64,000 nucleotides of DNA from Actinomycetota bacterium. GTDB taxonomy: Bacteria > Actinomycetota > Acidimicrobiia > Actinomarinales > Actinomarinaceae. A program made the translations under genes and the position numbers. Where the stretch lies: assembly GCA_014384285.1 (NCBI GenBank), contig JACNGE010000014.1:212513-276512 (forward strand), in the 5' to 3' direction. Positions 52,692-62,328 of this stretch are shown here, one piece after another; position 1 is the first letter of the stretch; the number at the start of each line of letters is the position of its first letter. The notes beneath the pieces were generated by a model. The model was not told the DNA's origin. It saw only the letters and a program-made list of their open reading frames with translations, and did no database searches.

Positions 52692-53098
52692 ACTTTGCTC
52701 ACAAAAGCCACGATGACATAAGTTCCTAATACAAAGAAACCAAGGCTTGTTACATACAAAGCAGAAAGAGAAAGCTTTCTAACTGTTGTATCAGATATAT
52801 TATCATGAAGAACAACTCTCAACCCATTAGTTCCGTGAAGCAAACTTAAAGCCAGAAGCAACCAGTCAAAAGCTCTCCAGTATGGAGTGTCCCAACGGGC
52901 AGCAACAAATTCATAATCTAGATTGAGTGTATCGTTGAATACATGCATAATGAACATGTGACCTACAGCAAGCAGAACTAGTAAAAGACCACTGACTCTC
53001 ATAAAGAACCAAGCATATAATTCAAAACTTGAACCAGCTAGTGGAGGCTGCCTCCGTCCCCAGTCTGTTCTTTGTGTTTTCATACTTACTATTTCCAA
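52688..53098 (-). CDS. sdhD: Succinate dehydrogenase hydrophobic membrane anchor subunit
   Basis: 136 aa, three TM helices, positioned between sdhC and sdhA. Confidence 0.7.
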   Translation of the reverse strand: MEIVSMKTQRTDWGRRQPPLAGSSFELYAWFFMRVSGLLLVLLAVGHMFIMHVFNDTLNLDYEFVAARWDTPYWRAFDWLLLALSLLHGTNGLRVVLHDNISDTTVRKLSLSALYVTSLGFFVLGTYVIVAFVSKV

Positions 53099-53544
53099 TC
53101 CGGTATTGGTCTAATAATACAGTCAGTGACTGTAGTTCCAGGCGAACTCTTTTCTAGGCATAAATCAAAATATGATACGACCATCCTGTATGAAGATGGA
53201 ACAAAAACGCCAATGAAAATTACTAAAGATATAAGATTTAATTGTTTTTGATAATCTGAACCTTTTTTCCATAAATCAACAGTTATAATTCTAAGTCCAT
53301 TTATAGCATGAGCTAGGACTGCTCCAAATAGGCCAATTTCAGCAACTCTGAAATAAAAATTTTTATATATTGCTTCTGCTCCTTCATAAACTTCTGGGCC
53401 CAGAAGAATTAATGCTGTTGAAATAATATGTAGAAGTAGGTAGCCAAAAAGAGCAACACCAGTAACTCTGTGAAATATGTAGAGCCACATACTTGTCTTA
53501 CCTTTATAAATTCCTCCAGAGGAAACTAATTTTTGATTAGGCAT
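53089..53544 (-). CDS. sdhC: Succinate dehydrogenase cytochrome b subunit
   Basis: 151 aa. A heme-ligand His lies in a TM helix (FHRVTGV). First gene of sdhCDAB. Confidence 0.75.
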   Translation of the reverse strand: MPNQKLVSSGGIYKGKTSMWLYIFHRVTGVALFGYLLLHIISTALILLGPEVYEGAEAIYKNFYFRVAEIGLFGAVLAHAINGLRIITVDLWKKGSDYQKQLNLISLVIFIGVFVPSSYRMVVSYFDLCLEKSSPGTTVTDCIIRPIPDWK

Positions 53545-53600
53545 TATATTATTATCCTACATTTCTCAAATTACATTAAATCAAATGAAGAATTAGCCTC

Positions 53601-53642
53601 TTGACAATTGTCCTAAAACTATATAGATTACACACATGTAAT
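53601..53642 (+). promoter_or_regulatory. Putative sigma-A-type promoter for whiB with overlapping inverted repeat
   Basis: TTGACA (53601-53606), a 17 nt spacer, then TAGATT. The inverted repeat ATTACA-N4-TGTAAT (53627-53642) overlaps the -10/+1 region. SD AAGGAG sits 5 nt before the GTG start. Confidence 0.3.
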
Positions 53643-53667
53643 TTAGTTTTCTATATAAGGAGCAAGG

Positions 53668-53949
53668 GTGGAAAATTCAAAAATGGAAGATCTAATCGGA
53701 GGAATGCCTTCATGGACAGAAGAGGCAAACTGTAAAGGTGCAGATGCAGATATCTTTTTTCCCGAGAGAGGAGCATCAACTAGAAAAGCTAAATCTATCT
53801 GCAGAGCATGCAGTGTTCAGGAAGACTGTCTAGAGTTTGCTATCGAGCAATCAGAAAAATTTGGTATCTGGGGTGGTTTATCCGAAAGAGAACGTAGAAG
53901 TATAAAACGACAAAGAATTCAAAGTTTTGACATCAGAGAAGTTGGTTAA
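53668..53949 (+). CDS. WhiB-family (Wbl) Fe-S transcription factor
   Basis: Four Cys in the WhiB pattern (C...C-x2-C-x5-C: NCKG...CRACSVQEDC) and the GIWGG turn followed by a basic C-terminus. Confidence 0.85.
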   Translation: MENSKMEDLIGGMPSWTEEANCKGADADIFFPERGASTRKAKSICRACSVQEDCLEFAIEQSEKFGIWGGLSERERRSIKRQRIQSFDIREVG

Positions 53950-54401
53950 AAACTAAAACTCTCTTTATATTCGTTAAAGTCTCTTTCAATACCAATTTCA
54001 TCACTTTTGATAATCTCAGTTATAGTGTTGTTTTCGTCAGTTATATAAGAATACCTTAAAGCGATACCTGCCTTTTCATGAAAACAGCCAAACTTTTTTG
54101 ACACTTCACCGTGTGGCCAAAAATCCGCAAGTATGGGAAAGTCAATACCATAATGACTAGCCCATGCATTGTTTGTAGGGCTTGCTCCCACAGTAATTAT
54201 CACTGTTTGAGTTCCATCTTTCTCTATCGAGGATTTGTTGTCTCTTAAATCGCAAATCTCTTTATCGCAAACACTGCTAAATGGAAATGGAAGAAAAACA
54301 AACATAGTTTTCTTTCCTAAAAAATCTTTATCTTCGTAAGCCTGTTTATCGTAATTGTATAACTTAAATACAGGTATTGTATCCCCAACTTGTAAGGTCA
54401 T
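53946..54401 (-). CDS. Peroxiredoxin, AhpE-like (AhpC/TSA family)
   Basis: 151 aa with peroxidatic Cys in FPFSSVC. WASHYGIDFPILADFWPHGEVSKKFGCFHEKAGIALR closely parallels mycobacterial AhpE. Confidence 0.8.
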   Translation of the reverse strand: MTLQVGDTIPVFKLYNYDKQAYEDKDFLGKKTMFVFLPFPFSSVCDKEICDLRDNKSSIEKDGTQTVIITVGASPTNNAWASHYGIDFPILADFWPHGEVSKKFGCFHEKAGIALRYSYITDENNTITEIIKSDEIGIERDFNEYKESFSF

Positions 54402-54437
54402 TTATTCTCCTTTTTATATATATATTACTTACTTTAA

Positions 54438-55481
54438 TTAAATAGGTGGGAGAGAAGTTCTTGCAGCCCATGCTATAGGGTCTTCAATCTCATCCCTACT
54501 TGGTATAAGATTTTTATCACTTAAAATATCATCAATTGTGAATTCGTTACTTGAATTAATTAAAAATTCAAAGAAAAGTGTAGTCGATTCATCAAGTTCA
54601 TTTATACCAGCTTCAAAATCACTTAATGGACTTTGCTCAATTGGAAAACTTAAATCCATTACGAGATCAAATGTCGAATCATCCTGAATTAGATTTAGTT
54701 CTTTGGCTTTGGACATTATAACCCCCCTATAAAAACTTAATGGTGCAATGATTTCTTCAAGAATTTTTGACGGATCAAACCCTTCAATTCCTGAAAAATT
54801 ATTCAAAATTTCCTGTGGGTTTGTCATATTTGCAGGATCTATCTCCATACCTTGTAGACCTGACATCATCTCTTTACTAGCAATTTCAAGACTCTCAATA
54901 ATTTTTACAAATGGTGCTGAATACCTTCCAAGACTAAGTGCGACAGATTCTAAAGCTATCAAAGATAAAGCTAATTGATTAAGATCAGCTTCAAACTGAT
55001 CAATCCTAGCGAAGTACTTACTTTTATTGATTGCGAGTGTTTTTGACTGCGGAAGAATAATTCCAAAGTGACTTAGCCCCCACATGTTTTTACTTACCAT
55101 TCCTGCCAAGTTGCCGAGTTGCATACCAATAATTGATGACTGAATATTTCCAAGCTGCATACCACCAGGAAGATCCCCAATGCTAAAGTTTGAAAAATCA
55201 AAATGTTGTATGGAATCTAGAAACCAGTCTCCATATTCACTAGGACCTAGTAATTGAATACTTGATTGTTGAGTATTCTGTTCAAAATTATTTTCGATAT
55301 TTAATTCCAAATATCTAAATAGTTCTTCCAAATTTAATTCTTCATTTGAAAGCTCAAAGAGATTTTTCTCTGAATCTTTATTTAGATGTTTGTTTATCTG
55401 TTTTGAAAGCTCCCAATTTACCTCAGAATCATTGTTATTAAATAAATTAAAAAATTGAGAGAATATATCTTCAGACATCAA
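54438..55481 (-). CDS. Hypothetical acidic protein, co-directional with and immediately downstream of htrA
   Basis: 347 aa, highly acidic, with no recognisable catalytic motif (no HExxH). Overlaps the htrA stop by 4 nt. Confidence 0.4.
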   Translation of the reverse strand: MMSEDIFSQFFNLFNNNDSEVNWELSKQINKHLNKDSEKNLFELSNEELNLEELFRYLELNIENNFEQNTQQSSIQLLGPSEYGDWFLDSIQHFDFSNFSIGDLPGGMQLGNIQSSIIGMQLGNLAGMVSKNMWGLSHFGIILPQSKTLAINKSKYFARIDQFEADLNQLALSLIALESVALSLGRYSAPFVKIIESLEIASKEMMSGLQGMEIDPANMTNPQEILNNFSGIEGFDPSKILEEIIAPLSFYRGVIMSKAKELNLIQDDSTFDLVMDLSFPIEQSPLSDFEAGINELDESTTLFFEFLINSSNEFTIDDILSDKNLIPSRDEIEDPIAWAARTSLPPI

Positions 55482-56695
55482 ACATCAGAGGGTCTAAGGT
55501 CAAGTAAGAATTCCAATATAATTGCTTGACCATTTCTAGTTATCTCTATGCTTATTTCATCACCAGCTTTTTTACTTCTTAACAGACTGATTAAGCCATC
55601 AAGCGTTTTAATATTTTTTCCGTTTACTTTTTTAATGATATCTCCCGGCAAAGCACCTGCTTTACCTATTGCATATATATCGTTTGCTGGACCATAAAGT
55701 TCTTGGATTACGACACCTGAAAAAATTCTCGCTCCATCTTCTGCAACTTCAAAATGTTGTGCGCCAAGAATTCCAAGAAATGAATGATAAACTTTACCAT
55801 CATCAAGTAAGTCTTGACTTATATTTAATGCTAAATTTATAGGTACAGCAAAACCTAGGCCCTCGGCACCTACATCTGCAGTTGCAATAGCAGTTGTTAT
55901 CCCAATAAGCTCACCATTTTGATTCAACAATGCTCCACCACTAGATCCTCGAGTTATGGGAGCATCTGTTTGTATAAGCCCAAATAGAGTTACTGAAGAG
56001 CTCATGTCCTGTCCACCAACATCAAGCCTTCGTTCTAATGCAGAAACAATTCCTGTAGTTACAGTAGGTGCAGCGCCAAGTGTAAGTGGGTGCCCTATAG
56101 CAACTGCTAGGTCTCCTACAACTAGAATATCGCTATTACCTATTGCAATTGGAGTTAAGTTATTAGATTCAATTTTAACTAGGCCAATGTCAGTCAGTTG
56201 ATCAGAACCAATAATCTCTGCTTTATACATTCTTCCGTCTTCAAAAATTACTCTCACAGATGCAGCATCATCAATTACATGGTGGTTTGTAATTATTAAT
56301 CCTTCTGAGGAGATAACTACTCCTGAACCTCCACCCAGAGATATAAATTCATCATTCTCATTTACCTCACCAACCTGAATTTGGACTATTGTTTTTGTTG
56401 CCATTTCAGCAATAGAAACAATTTCTGTTGAGTCTATTCGCGGCATGATTAGCTCTTTTTCTGTCACTGTCTCGGTAATGGTTACTGGATCAGGAATTAC
56501 AATTTCATCTTCTTCAAAGATTCCATATACAAACAAAAAAGATAAAACTATTGCACTTGTAAGAATAGAGCTGCCGATAATTGAATTAAATGATGATTTA
56601 GTCTTACTTGACTTTTGCTCAATTAAATCAGAAATATATTTTTCTTGTTGAAAGAGCTCTTGTTGTTCGAAATTTTCATTTTCCATATATCTCAT
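55478..56695 (-). CDS. HtrA/DegP-family serine protease with N-terminal TM anchor and C-terminal PDZ domain
   Basis: Trypsin-fold catalytic Ser in TRGSSGGAL, His in the ITNHHV region, and a PDZ-like C-terminus. Confidence 0.85.
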   Translation of the reverse strand: MRYMENENFEQQELFQQEKYISDLIEQKSSKTKSSFNSIIGSSILTSAIVLSFLFVYGIFEEDEIVIPDPVTITETVTEKELIMPRIDSTEIVSIAEMATKTIVQIQVGEVNENDEFISLGGGSGVVISSEGLIITNHHVIDDAASVRVIFEDGRMYKAEIIGSDQLTDIGLVKIESNNLTPIAIGNSDILVVGDLAVAIGHPLTLGAAPTVTTGIVSALERRLDVGGQDMSSSVTLFGLIQTDAPITRGSSGGALLNQNGELIGITTAIATADVGAEGLGFAVPINLALNISQDLLDDGKVYHSFLGILGAQHFEVAEDGARIFSGVVIQELYGPANDIYAIGKAGALPGDIIKKVNGKNIKTLDGLISLLRSKKAGDEISIEITRNGQAIILEFLLDLRPSDV

Positions 56696-56855
56696 AATAT
56701 ATGTAGTTCAAACGTATTGATACTCAAGAGAGGATAGATTGATAAAAACTTTTATCTGGGGACTTCATATTTTAATTATGGTTTCCTGAGGTTTTTTTTA
56801 CATCTTGTTTTTAAGTTGTGAAATGGATACCCCATCAGTTAAAGTTATAAAGTAG

Positions 56856-57644
56856 ATGTTAGCCATTAATAACCTAGAGGTAGTTTATCAAGATGTAATA
56901 CTTGTTCTTAGAGGCGTATCTTTAGGGATAAAAAAAGGTGAAATAGTGGCATTGCTTGGCAGTAATGGCGCGGGAAAAACTACAGTAATTCGATCGATAA
57001 CTGGTTTATTAGATGTTCAAAATGGTGACATCACAAAAGGCTCTATATCATTAGATGGTGAAGACATTACAAACTTGAACCCTTCTAAGATTGTTGAAAA
57101 AGGGATAGCCCAAGTACTAGAAGGAAGGAGAATATTTTCCGAACTAACTGTTATTGAGAATTTAAGACTTGGTGGTCATACAAACAGCAATAATATCAAA
57201 GACAACATTGATAAAGTATTGGATTTATTTCCAATATTAAAAGAAAGGTCAAAAAATACAGCAGGGTACCTTTCAGGTGGAGAACAGCAAATGCTAGCAA
57301 TTGGTAGAGCACTAATGTCAGACCCGAGTTATCTTCTTCTAGATGAACCCAGTCTTGGTTTAGCCCCAAAACTAGTTGATGAAGTTGCTGAGCTAATACT
57401 AGAAATAAATTCTCAAGGTGTAACGGTTTTACTTGTTGAGCAAAATGCGAACATGGCACTTAATATTTCAAATCACGGTTATATCATGGAAACTGGAAAT
57501 GTAGTTATGGATAATAAAAGCAATTTACTACTTAACGATGAAGACGTAAGAGAGTTTTACTTAGGCCTAAATGCTGAAGGAACTAAAAGAAAATCTTTTA
57601 AAGATGTTAAACATTACAAAAGAAAGAAAAGGTGGTTGTCATAG
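56856..57644 (+). CDS. Branched-chain-amino-acid-type ABC transporter ATPase, LivF-like
   Basis: Walker A GSNGAGKTT and signature LSGGEQQMLAIG, with a basic C-terminal tail. Confidence 0.8.
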   Translation: MLAINNLEVVYQDVILVLRGVSLGIKKGEIVALLGSNGAGKTTVIRSITGLLDVQNGDITKGSISLDGEDITNLNPSKIVEKGIAQVLEGRRIFSELTVIENLRLGGHTNSNNIKDNIDKVLDLFPILKERSKNTAGYLSGGEQQMLAIGRALMSDPSYLLLDEPSLGLAPKLVDEVAELILEINSQGVTVLLVEQNANMALNISNHGYIMETGNVVMDNKSNLLLNDEDVREFYLGLNAEGTKRKSFKDVKHYKRKKRWLS

Positions 57645-58402
57645 AGTCCTTAAAGTTTAACAATGTAACACTAAAATTTGGTGGGATAACTGCATTAAAT
57701 GATATAAGTTTTGAAGTTAAGCCTAAAACTTTGTATTCAATCATAGGACCAAACGGTGCTGGAAAGACCTCGATCTTCAATTGTATTAGCGGTATCTACA
57801 GACCTACAGAAGGAACGGTTACCTATGGAGAAAATAAAATTAATGATTTACGACCGGATGAAGTAGCCTCACTAGGAATAGCACGAACCTTTCAAAACAT
57901 CGAATTATTTGAAAACATGACAGTATTAGACAATATCTTAATCGGGTGTCATAGACAATTAGACTATGGTCCAGTTTCAAGTCTACTTTTCAGTAAAAAG
58001 GTAAGAAAAAATGAACTTGAGGCTAGAAAAATTGCAGAAGAGATTATTGATTTTCTTGAAATTGAACAATTTAGATCCTCCTATATCATGTCTCTCCCTT
58101 ACGGTGTTCAAAAAAGAGTTGAACTAGGAAGAGCACTCGCTATGAACCCAGACATGCTGTTGCTTGATGAACCAGCAGCAGGTATGAATAATGAAGAAAC
58201 TGAAGATATTGCAAGATTTATTATTGATATTCACGAAGAAATGAAAAAGACCATAATTATGGTTGATCATGATATGAATATGGTCATGGATATAGCTGAA
58301 GAAGTTATGGTATTGAATTTTGGTGAAAAATTAGCTGAGGGAGTTCCTACTGAAATTGTTAAAGACAAACAAGTTATTGATGCATATTTGGGGGTGGGTT
58401 AA
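57632..58402 (+). CDS. Branched-chain-amino-acid-type ABC transporter ATPase, LivG-like
   Basis: Walker A GPNGAGKTS and the LivG-like region ARTFQNIELFENMTVLDN. Confidence 0.8.
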   Translation: MVVIESLKFNNVTLKFGGITALNDISFEVKPKTLYSIIGPNGAGKTSIFNCISGIYRPTEGTVTYGENKINDLRPDEVASLGIARTFQNIELFENMTVLDNILIGCHRQLDYGPVSSLLFSKKVRKNELEARKIAEEIIDFLEIEQFRSSYIMSLPYGVQKRVELGRALAMNPDMLLLDEPAAGMNNEETEDIARFIIDIHEEMKKTIIMVDHDMNMVMDIAEEVMVLNFGEKLAEGVPTEIVKDKQVIDAYLGVG

Positions 58403-58404
58403 GT

Positions 58405-60255
58405 ATGGCACTATCAATGGACAAAATTTATGAAGAAATCTTAAGAGATGGAGGGGAAACTCCGTCAAAGAAAGTAAGAGAGACTGCACAACGTTTTCCA
58501 GAAATGATTGCAATGAGGTATAAAGAATACGGCTTGTGGCAAGAAACAACTTATGTAGATTTTTGGTTGAAGTCTAATTACTTAAGTATGGCATTAAAAA
58601 ATTTTGGAGTGCTCAAAGGAGATTCGGTTGCTATTCATTCTGAAAATAGACCCGAATGGTTTATTGCCGATATAGGAATCCAGTCAATGGGATTTGTGAG
58701 TGTCGGTCTCTATCCTTCAAACCCATCTTCAGAAGTCAAGTATTTGCTTTCCCATTCTGAAGCTAAGATACTATTTGCCGAAGATCAAGAACAAGTTGAC
58801 AAAGCTTTAGAAGTTATTGACGAGCTACCAGGATTAGAGAAGATTATCTACTTCGAAGAAAGAGGTTTATACAATTATGATCATCCTAAGCTAATGAAAT
58901 TTGAGGATTTCCTTGAAATTGGAAGAACCGAACATGAAAATAATCCTACACATGTCGATGAACAACTTGATGAAATTCAAGATGAAGATATAGCTTTTTT
59001 AGTTTACACATCTGGAACAACTGGACCGCCTAAAGGATCTATGATTTCTCATGGAAATATCAAATGGGTTGGATCACAGATACCAAACTTTTCGTTAGTT
59101 GAATCTGTCACTGCAACTAACCCACAATTTTTATCTTACTTACCCTTATGTCACATTTTTGGACGATTAACAGATTTATTGATAGCCACACACACGCTTG
59201 CCACAATAAATTTTGCTGAGTCCATAGACACTGTTCAAATGGACTTAGTTGAAATTCAACCTACGATTTTTCCAGCTGTACCAAGAATTCTTGAAAGAAT
59301 GCACGCTGGAGCAATGGTAAGAATGAAAGATGCGACTTTTTTAAAAAAACAATTATTTAGAGTTGCTATGTATTTTGGAAATATGGGTGCGGAACGAAAG
59401 CTCGAAAAAGGTTTTAATGACAAAATTGCACAAATTTATATTGGTATAGGGTGGCTATTAGCATTTAGAACACTGAAAAAAAAGCTAGGTTTGAGTAAAG
59501 CAGAAACAGCTATTTCTGGTGCAGCACCCATAGCTCCAGAAATATTAAAGTTCTTTCTAGCATTAGGTGTCCCAATTTTTGAAGGTTACGGTATGACGGA
59601 AAACTGTGCTTACGCATCAGGAAACAACGATAAAAAAATGAAACTAGGAACGGTAGGGGTTCCAAACTATGGTGTTGAAATAAAACTTGCAGAAGATGGA
59701 GAAATTTTAGTGAAATCACCTGCAGTTTTTAAAGGTTACTTTAAAGATGAGGAAGCCACTCGGGAGACTATAGATGAAGATGGGTGGTTGTACACAGGTG
59801 ATGTAGGAGTATTTGATGGAGAATTTCTTAAGATAGTCGACAGAAAAAAAGATATCATCATAACGAGTGGAGGAAAGAATGTATCTCCTCAAGAAATTGA
59901 AAATAAAATAAAAGTTTCACCATTTATAAAAGATGCACTTGTAATTGGAGACAATAGGAAGTTTTTATCAGCATTAATAGCAATAGAATTTGAAACTGTT
60001 TCAAATTGGGCTCTTCGAAAAAATATCGCACACACTACTTACAGAGATTTATCAGAAAAAAAAGAAGTTAAAGATCTGATTTGGAGTGAAATATTAAAAG
60101 CTAATGCAGAAACCTCCACACTAGAAATCAGAAAATTTCAGATGATTCCTAAGGAATTAGATCACGAAGATGGGGAAATGACTGCTACTCAAAAAATAAA
60201 AAGGAATGTTTTAATGGAAAAATTTAGTAGCTTGATTGAGGAGATGTACAGTTGA
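58405..60255 (+). CDS. Long-chain acyl-CoA synthetase (AMP-binding superfamily) embedded in the ABC operon
   Basis: 616 aa with an AMP-binding motif YTSGTTGPPKG and later motifs (GYGMTE, TGD). Confidence 0.8.
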   Translation: MALSMDKIYEEILRDGGETPSKKVRETAQRFPEMIAMRYKEYGLWQETTYVDFWLKSNYLSMALKNFGVLKGDSVAIHSENRPEWFIADIGIQSMGFVSVGLYPSNPSSEVKYLLSHSEAKILFAEDQEQVDKALEVIDELPGLEKIIYFEERGLYNYDHPKLMKFEDFLEIGRTEHENNPTHVDEQLDEIQDEDIAFLVYTSGTTGPPKGSMISHGNIKWVGSQIPNFSLVESVTATNPQFLSYLPLCHIFGRLTDLLIATHTLATINFAESIDTVQMDLVEIQPTIFPAVPRILERMHAGAMVRMKDATFLKKQLFRVAMYFGNMGAERKLEKGFNDKIAQIYIGIGWLLAFRTLKKKLGLSKAETAISGAAPIAPEILKFFLALGVPIFEGYGMTENCAYASGNNDKKMKLGTVGVPNYGVEIKLAEDGEILVKSPAVFKGYFKDEEATRETIDEDGWLYTGDVGVFDGEFLKIVDRKKDIIITSGGKNVSPQEIENKIKVSPFIKDALVIGDNRKFLSALIAIEFETVSNWALRKNIAHTTYRDLSEKKEVKDLIWSEILKANAETSTLEIRKFQMIPKELDHEDGEMTATQKIKRNVLMEKFSSLIEEMYS

Positions 60256-61172
60256 TTATCTTTTTACAAGCAACAGTTGAAGGCCTATCCCTAGCTGCAA
60301 TCTATTCACTAGTTGCTATTGGCTTTGTTTTAATTTACAAAGCTATGGAGGTATTAAGTTTCGCTCAACCAGCGCTTGCTGTAGTGGGAGCAGGGATAAT
60401 TAGTTTTCTATCAGTCGAGCGAGGAATTCCTTTTTGGATTGCTTTAGTTCTTGGGGTTATCTTTACAGGAGTTTTGGGATTGATAATTGAGAGAACTTTC
60501 TTAAGACCTATGGTAGGTGAACCAGTTTTCTCAGTCGCAGTTTTAACAATTGGAATTGATTTATTATTGAGAACACTTCTTGATAGTTGGATTGGGATTA
60601 ATCCCAAATACATGGGTGACCCTTTTCCAAGTTATGGAAACTTTGGGGCTGTAAATGTTGGCGGTGTAAATATAAAATATCTTGAAGTAGCAGCTTTTTT
60701 CACCGCAGTTGTTCTTATATTGCTATTGACTATTTTCTTTAGAAAGTCAAAGTATGGAATCGCAATGAGAGCCACATCTTATGACCAAGAAGCGGCCATG
60801 GCCCAAGGCATCAATGTAGGAAGAATTTTTGGACTTGTATGGTTAATAGCGGGTATTCTAGCTGCCTTTGCGGGATTCTTTATCACAGGAGGTTTTAATA
60901 CATTATCTCAATTTAGTTTTATATCTGCTTTAAGAGCATTACCCGCAGTTGTAATTGGTGGCCTAGACTCAATTCCTGGAGCAGTAGTTGGGTCAATAAT
61001 AATTGGTTTAACACAAGGATATGTTGCATACTACCAACTTACATTTGAGGCTTTCATTGGGTTTTCTTTTGGGAGTGGTTTTTCAATTGTTGCTCCATAT
61101 TTAATTATGTTTGTTATTTTAATATTTAAACCTGACGGACTATTTGGAACAGAGGAGGTAGAAAGAGTATGA
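60252..61172 (+). CDS. ABC transporter permease, LivH-like
   Basis: 306 aa, about eight TM segments, LivH family sequence. Confidence 0.8.
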   Translation: MIIFLQATVEGLSLAAIYSLVAIGFVLIYKAMEVLSFAQPALAVVGAGIISFLSVERGIPFWIALVLGVIFTGVLGLIIERTFLRPMVGEPVFSVAVLTIGIDLLLRTLLDSWIGINPKYMGDPFPSYGNFGAVNVGGVNIKYLEVAAFFTAVVLILLLTIFFRKSKYGIAMRATSYDQEAAMAQGINVGRIFGLVWLIAGILAAFAGFFITGGFNTLSQFSFISALRALPAVVIGGLDSIPGAVVGSIIIGLTQGYVAYYQLTFEAFIGFSFGSGFSIVAPYLIMFVILIFKPDGLFGTEEVERV

Positions 61173-62272
61173 GAGGAAGACCTAATCTGTACACTGACTA
61201 CCAAAAAGAGTCATCAATTTTCTCAAATAAAACTCAAAAAAGCTGGTTTGGTTTATTAATTTCTTTGGCCATTGGCCTATGTTTTTTAGCAACAGATTAT
61301 TGGTTGTTGCTTATTACAACTTCTTGTTTAATTGCAATAGCTTCTTGGGGTTTAAATATAGTTTCAGGTTTAGCTGGTCAAATTAATCTTGCACATGGCG
61401 TATTTATTGGAGTTGGGACATACGCATCTGCTGTTATCGGTGGTGTAGCCACCTCAAGCGTTATAGGATATAACTTAGATATGATTTTCTGGCTGCCTGT
61501 AGCTGGTTTAGCGTCTGCAGTTGTAGGTTTAATTATTGCACCAATCACTGTAAAACTAAAGGGACTCAATCTAGCATTAGTGACACTTGCCTTGGTGTTT
61601 ATAGGATCTCATTTATTTTCTAACTTCAAGTCTATGACTGGTGGGGCAGGTCTTGGAAGAAAAGTTGCTACTTTAAAACTTTTCGGTATTGATTTAGAAA
61701 ATGGTCTTCAAGTTGGAAGTTACTATCTCCAAAGGGAACAAATTTTATATCTTTTTTCACTACTTATCTGTGTGCTTGCAGGTTTGGGTGTTAAAAACTT
61801 AGTTAGGTCAAGAGCTGGTAGAGCATATTCTGCAATTCGTGATGGCGACATTGCAGCAGAAGCATTAGGTATCAATCTCTTTAGGTACAAAGCTTCAGCT
61901 TTTGCATTATCAAGTTTTTACGGAGGAATAAGTGGTGCGCTATTTTTTACAGTATCAGGAGGTGTTGAGCCAGGATCATTCAATCTTGTATATTCAATTA
62001 CTTTTGTGGCAATAGTTGTTATTGGCGGTGCAGGAACAGTTTTAGGACCTCTATTTGGTGCTTTTTTCTACACATTATTTCCAGCTGTAATCCAATTATT
62101 TCTCCATACCTTTGATATAGGGGAGCAGTCTTTGCCTTTAAACTTGGGACAGTTGGAAAGACTTTTATTTGGACTTGTAATTATTTTGTTTCTAATGTTT
62201 GAACCTAGAGGACTATGGGGTATTTGGTTTAGGTTACGTAATTATTTTAAAGCCTGGCCATTTTCCTACTAA
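61169..62272 (+). CDS. ABC transporter permease, LivM-like
   Basis: 367 aa polytopic membrane protein of the LivM family. Confidence 0.8.
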   Translation: MRGRPNLYTDYQKESSIFSNKTQKSWFGLLISLAIGLCFLATDYWLLLITTSCLIAIASWGLNIVSGLAGQINLAHGVFIGVGTYASAVIGGVATSSVIGYNLDMIFWLPVAGLASAVVGLIIAPITVKLKGLNLALVTLALVFIGSHLFSNFKSMTGGAGLGRKVATLKLFGIDLENGLQVGSYYLQREQILYLFSLLICVLAGLGVKNLVRSRAGRAYSAIRDGDIAAEALGINLFRYKASAFALSSFYGGISGALFFTVSGGVEPGSFNLVYSITFVAIVVIGGAGTVLGPLFGAFFYTLFPAVIQLFLHTFDIGEQSLPLNLGQLERLLFGLVIILFLMFEPRGLWGIWFRLRNYFKAWPFSY

Positions 62273-62328
62273 CCGAGTAAAAACCTAGTAATCTAAATTT
62301 ATTAGTACTAATTATAAAAGGGGGAATA

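Noticed and set aside
56696-56855. 160-nt spacer between htrA and the ABC operon as a possible sRNA or riboswitch
   Set aside because: Only a weak 3-bp palindrome (cctgagg) followed by a T-run is visible. There are no conserved riboswitch motifs, so it is most likely just divergent promoter space.
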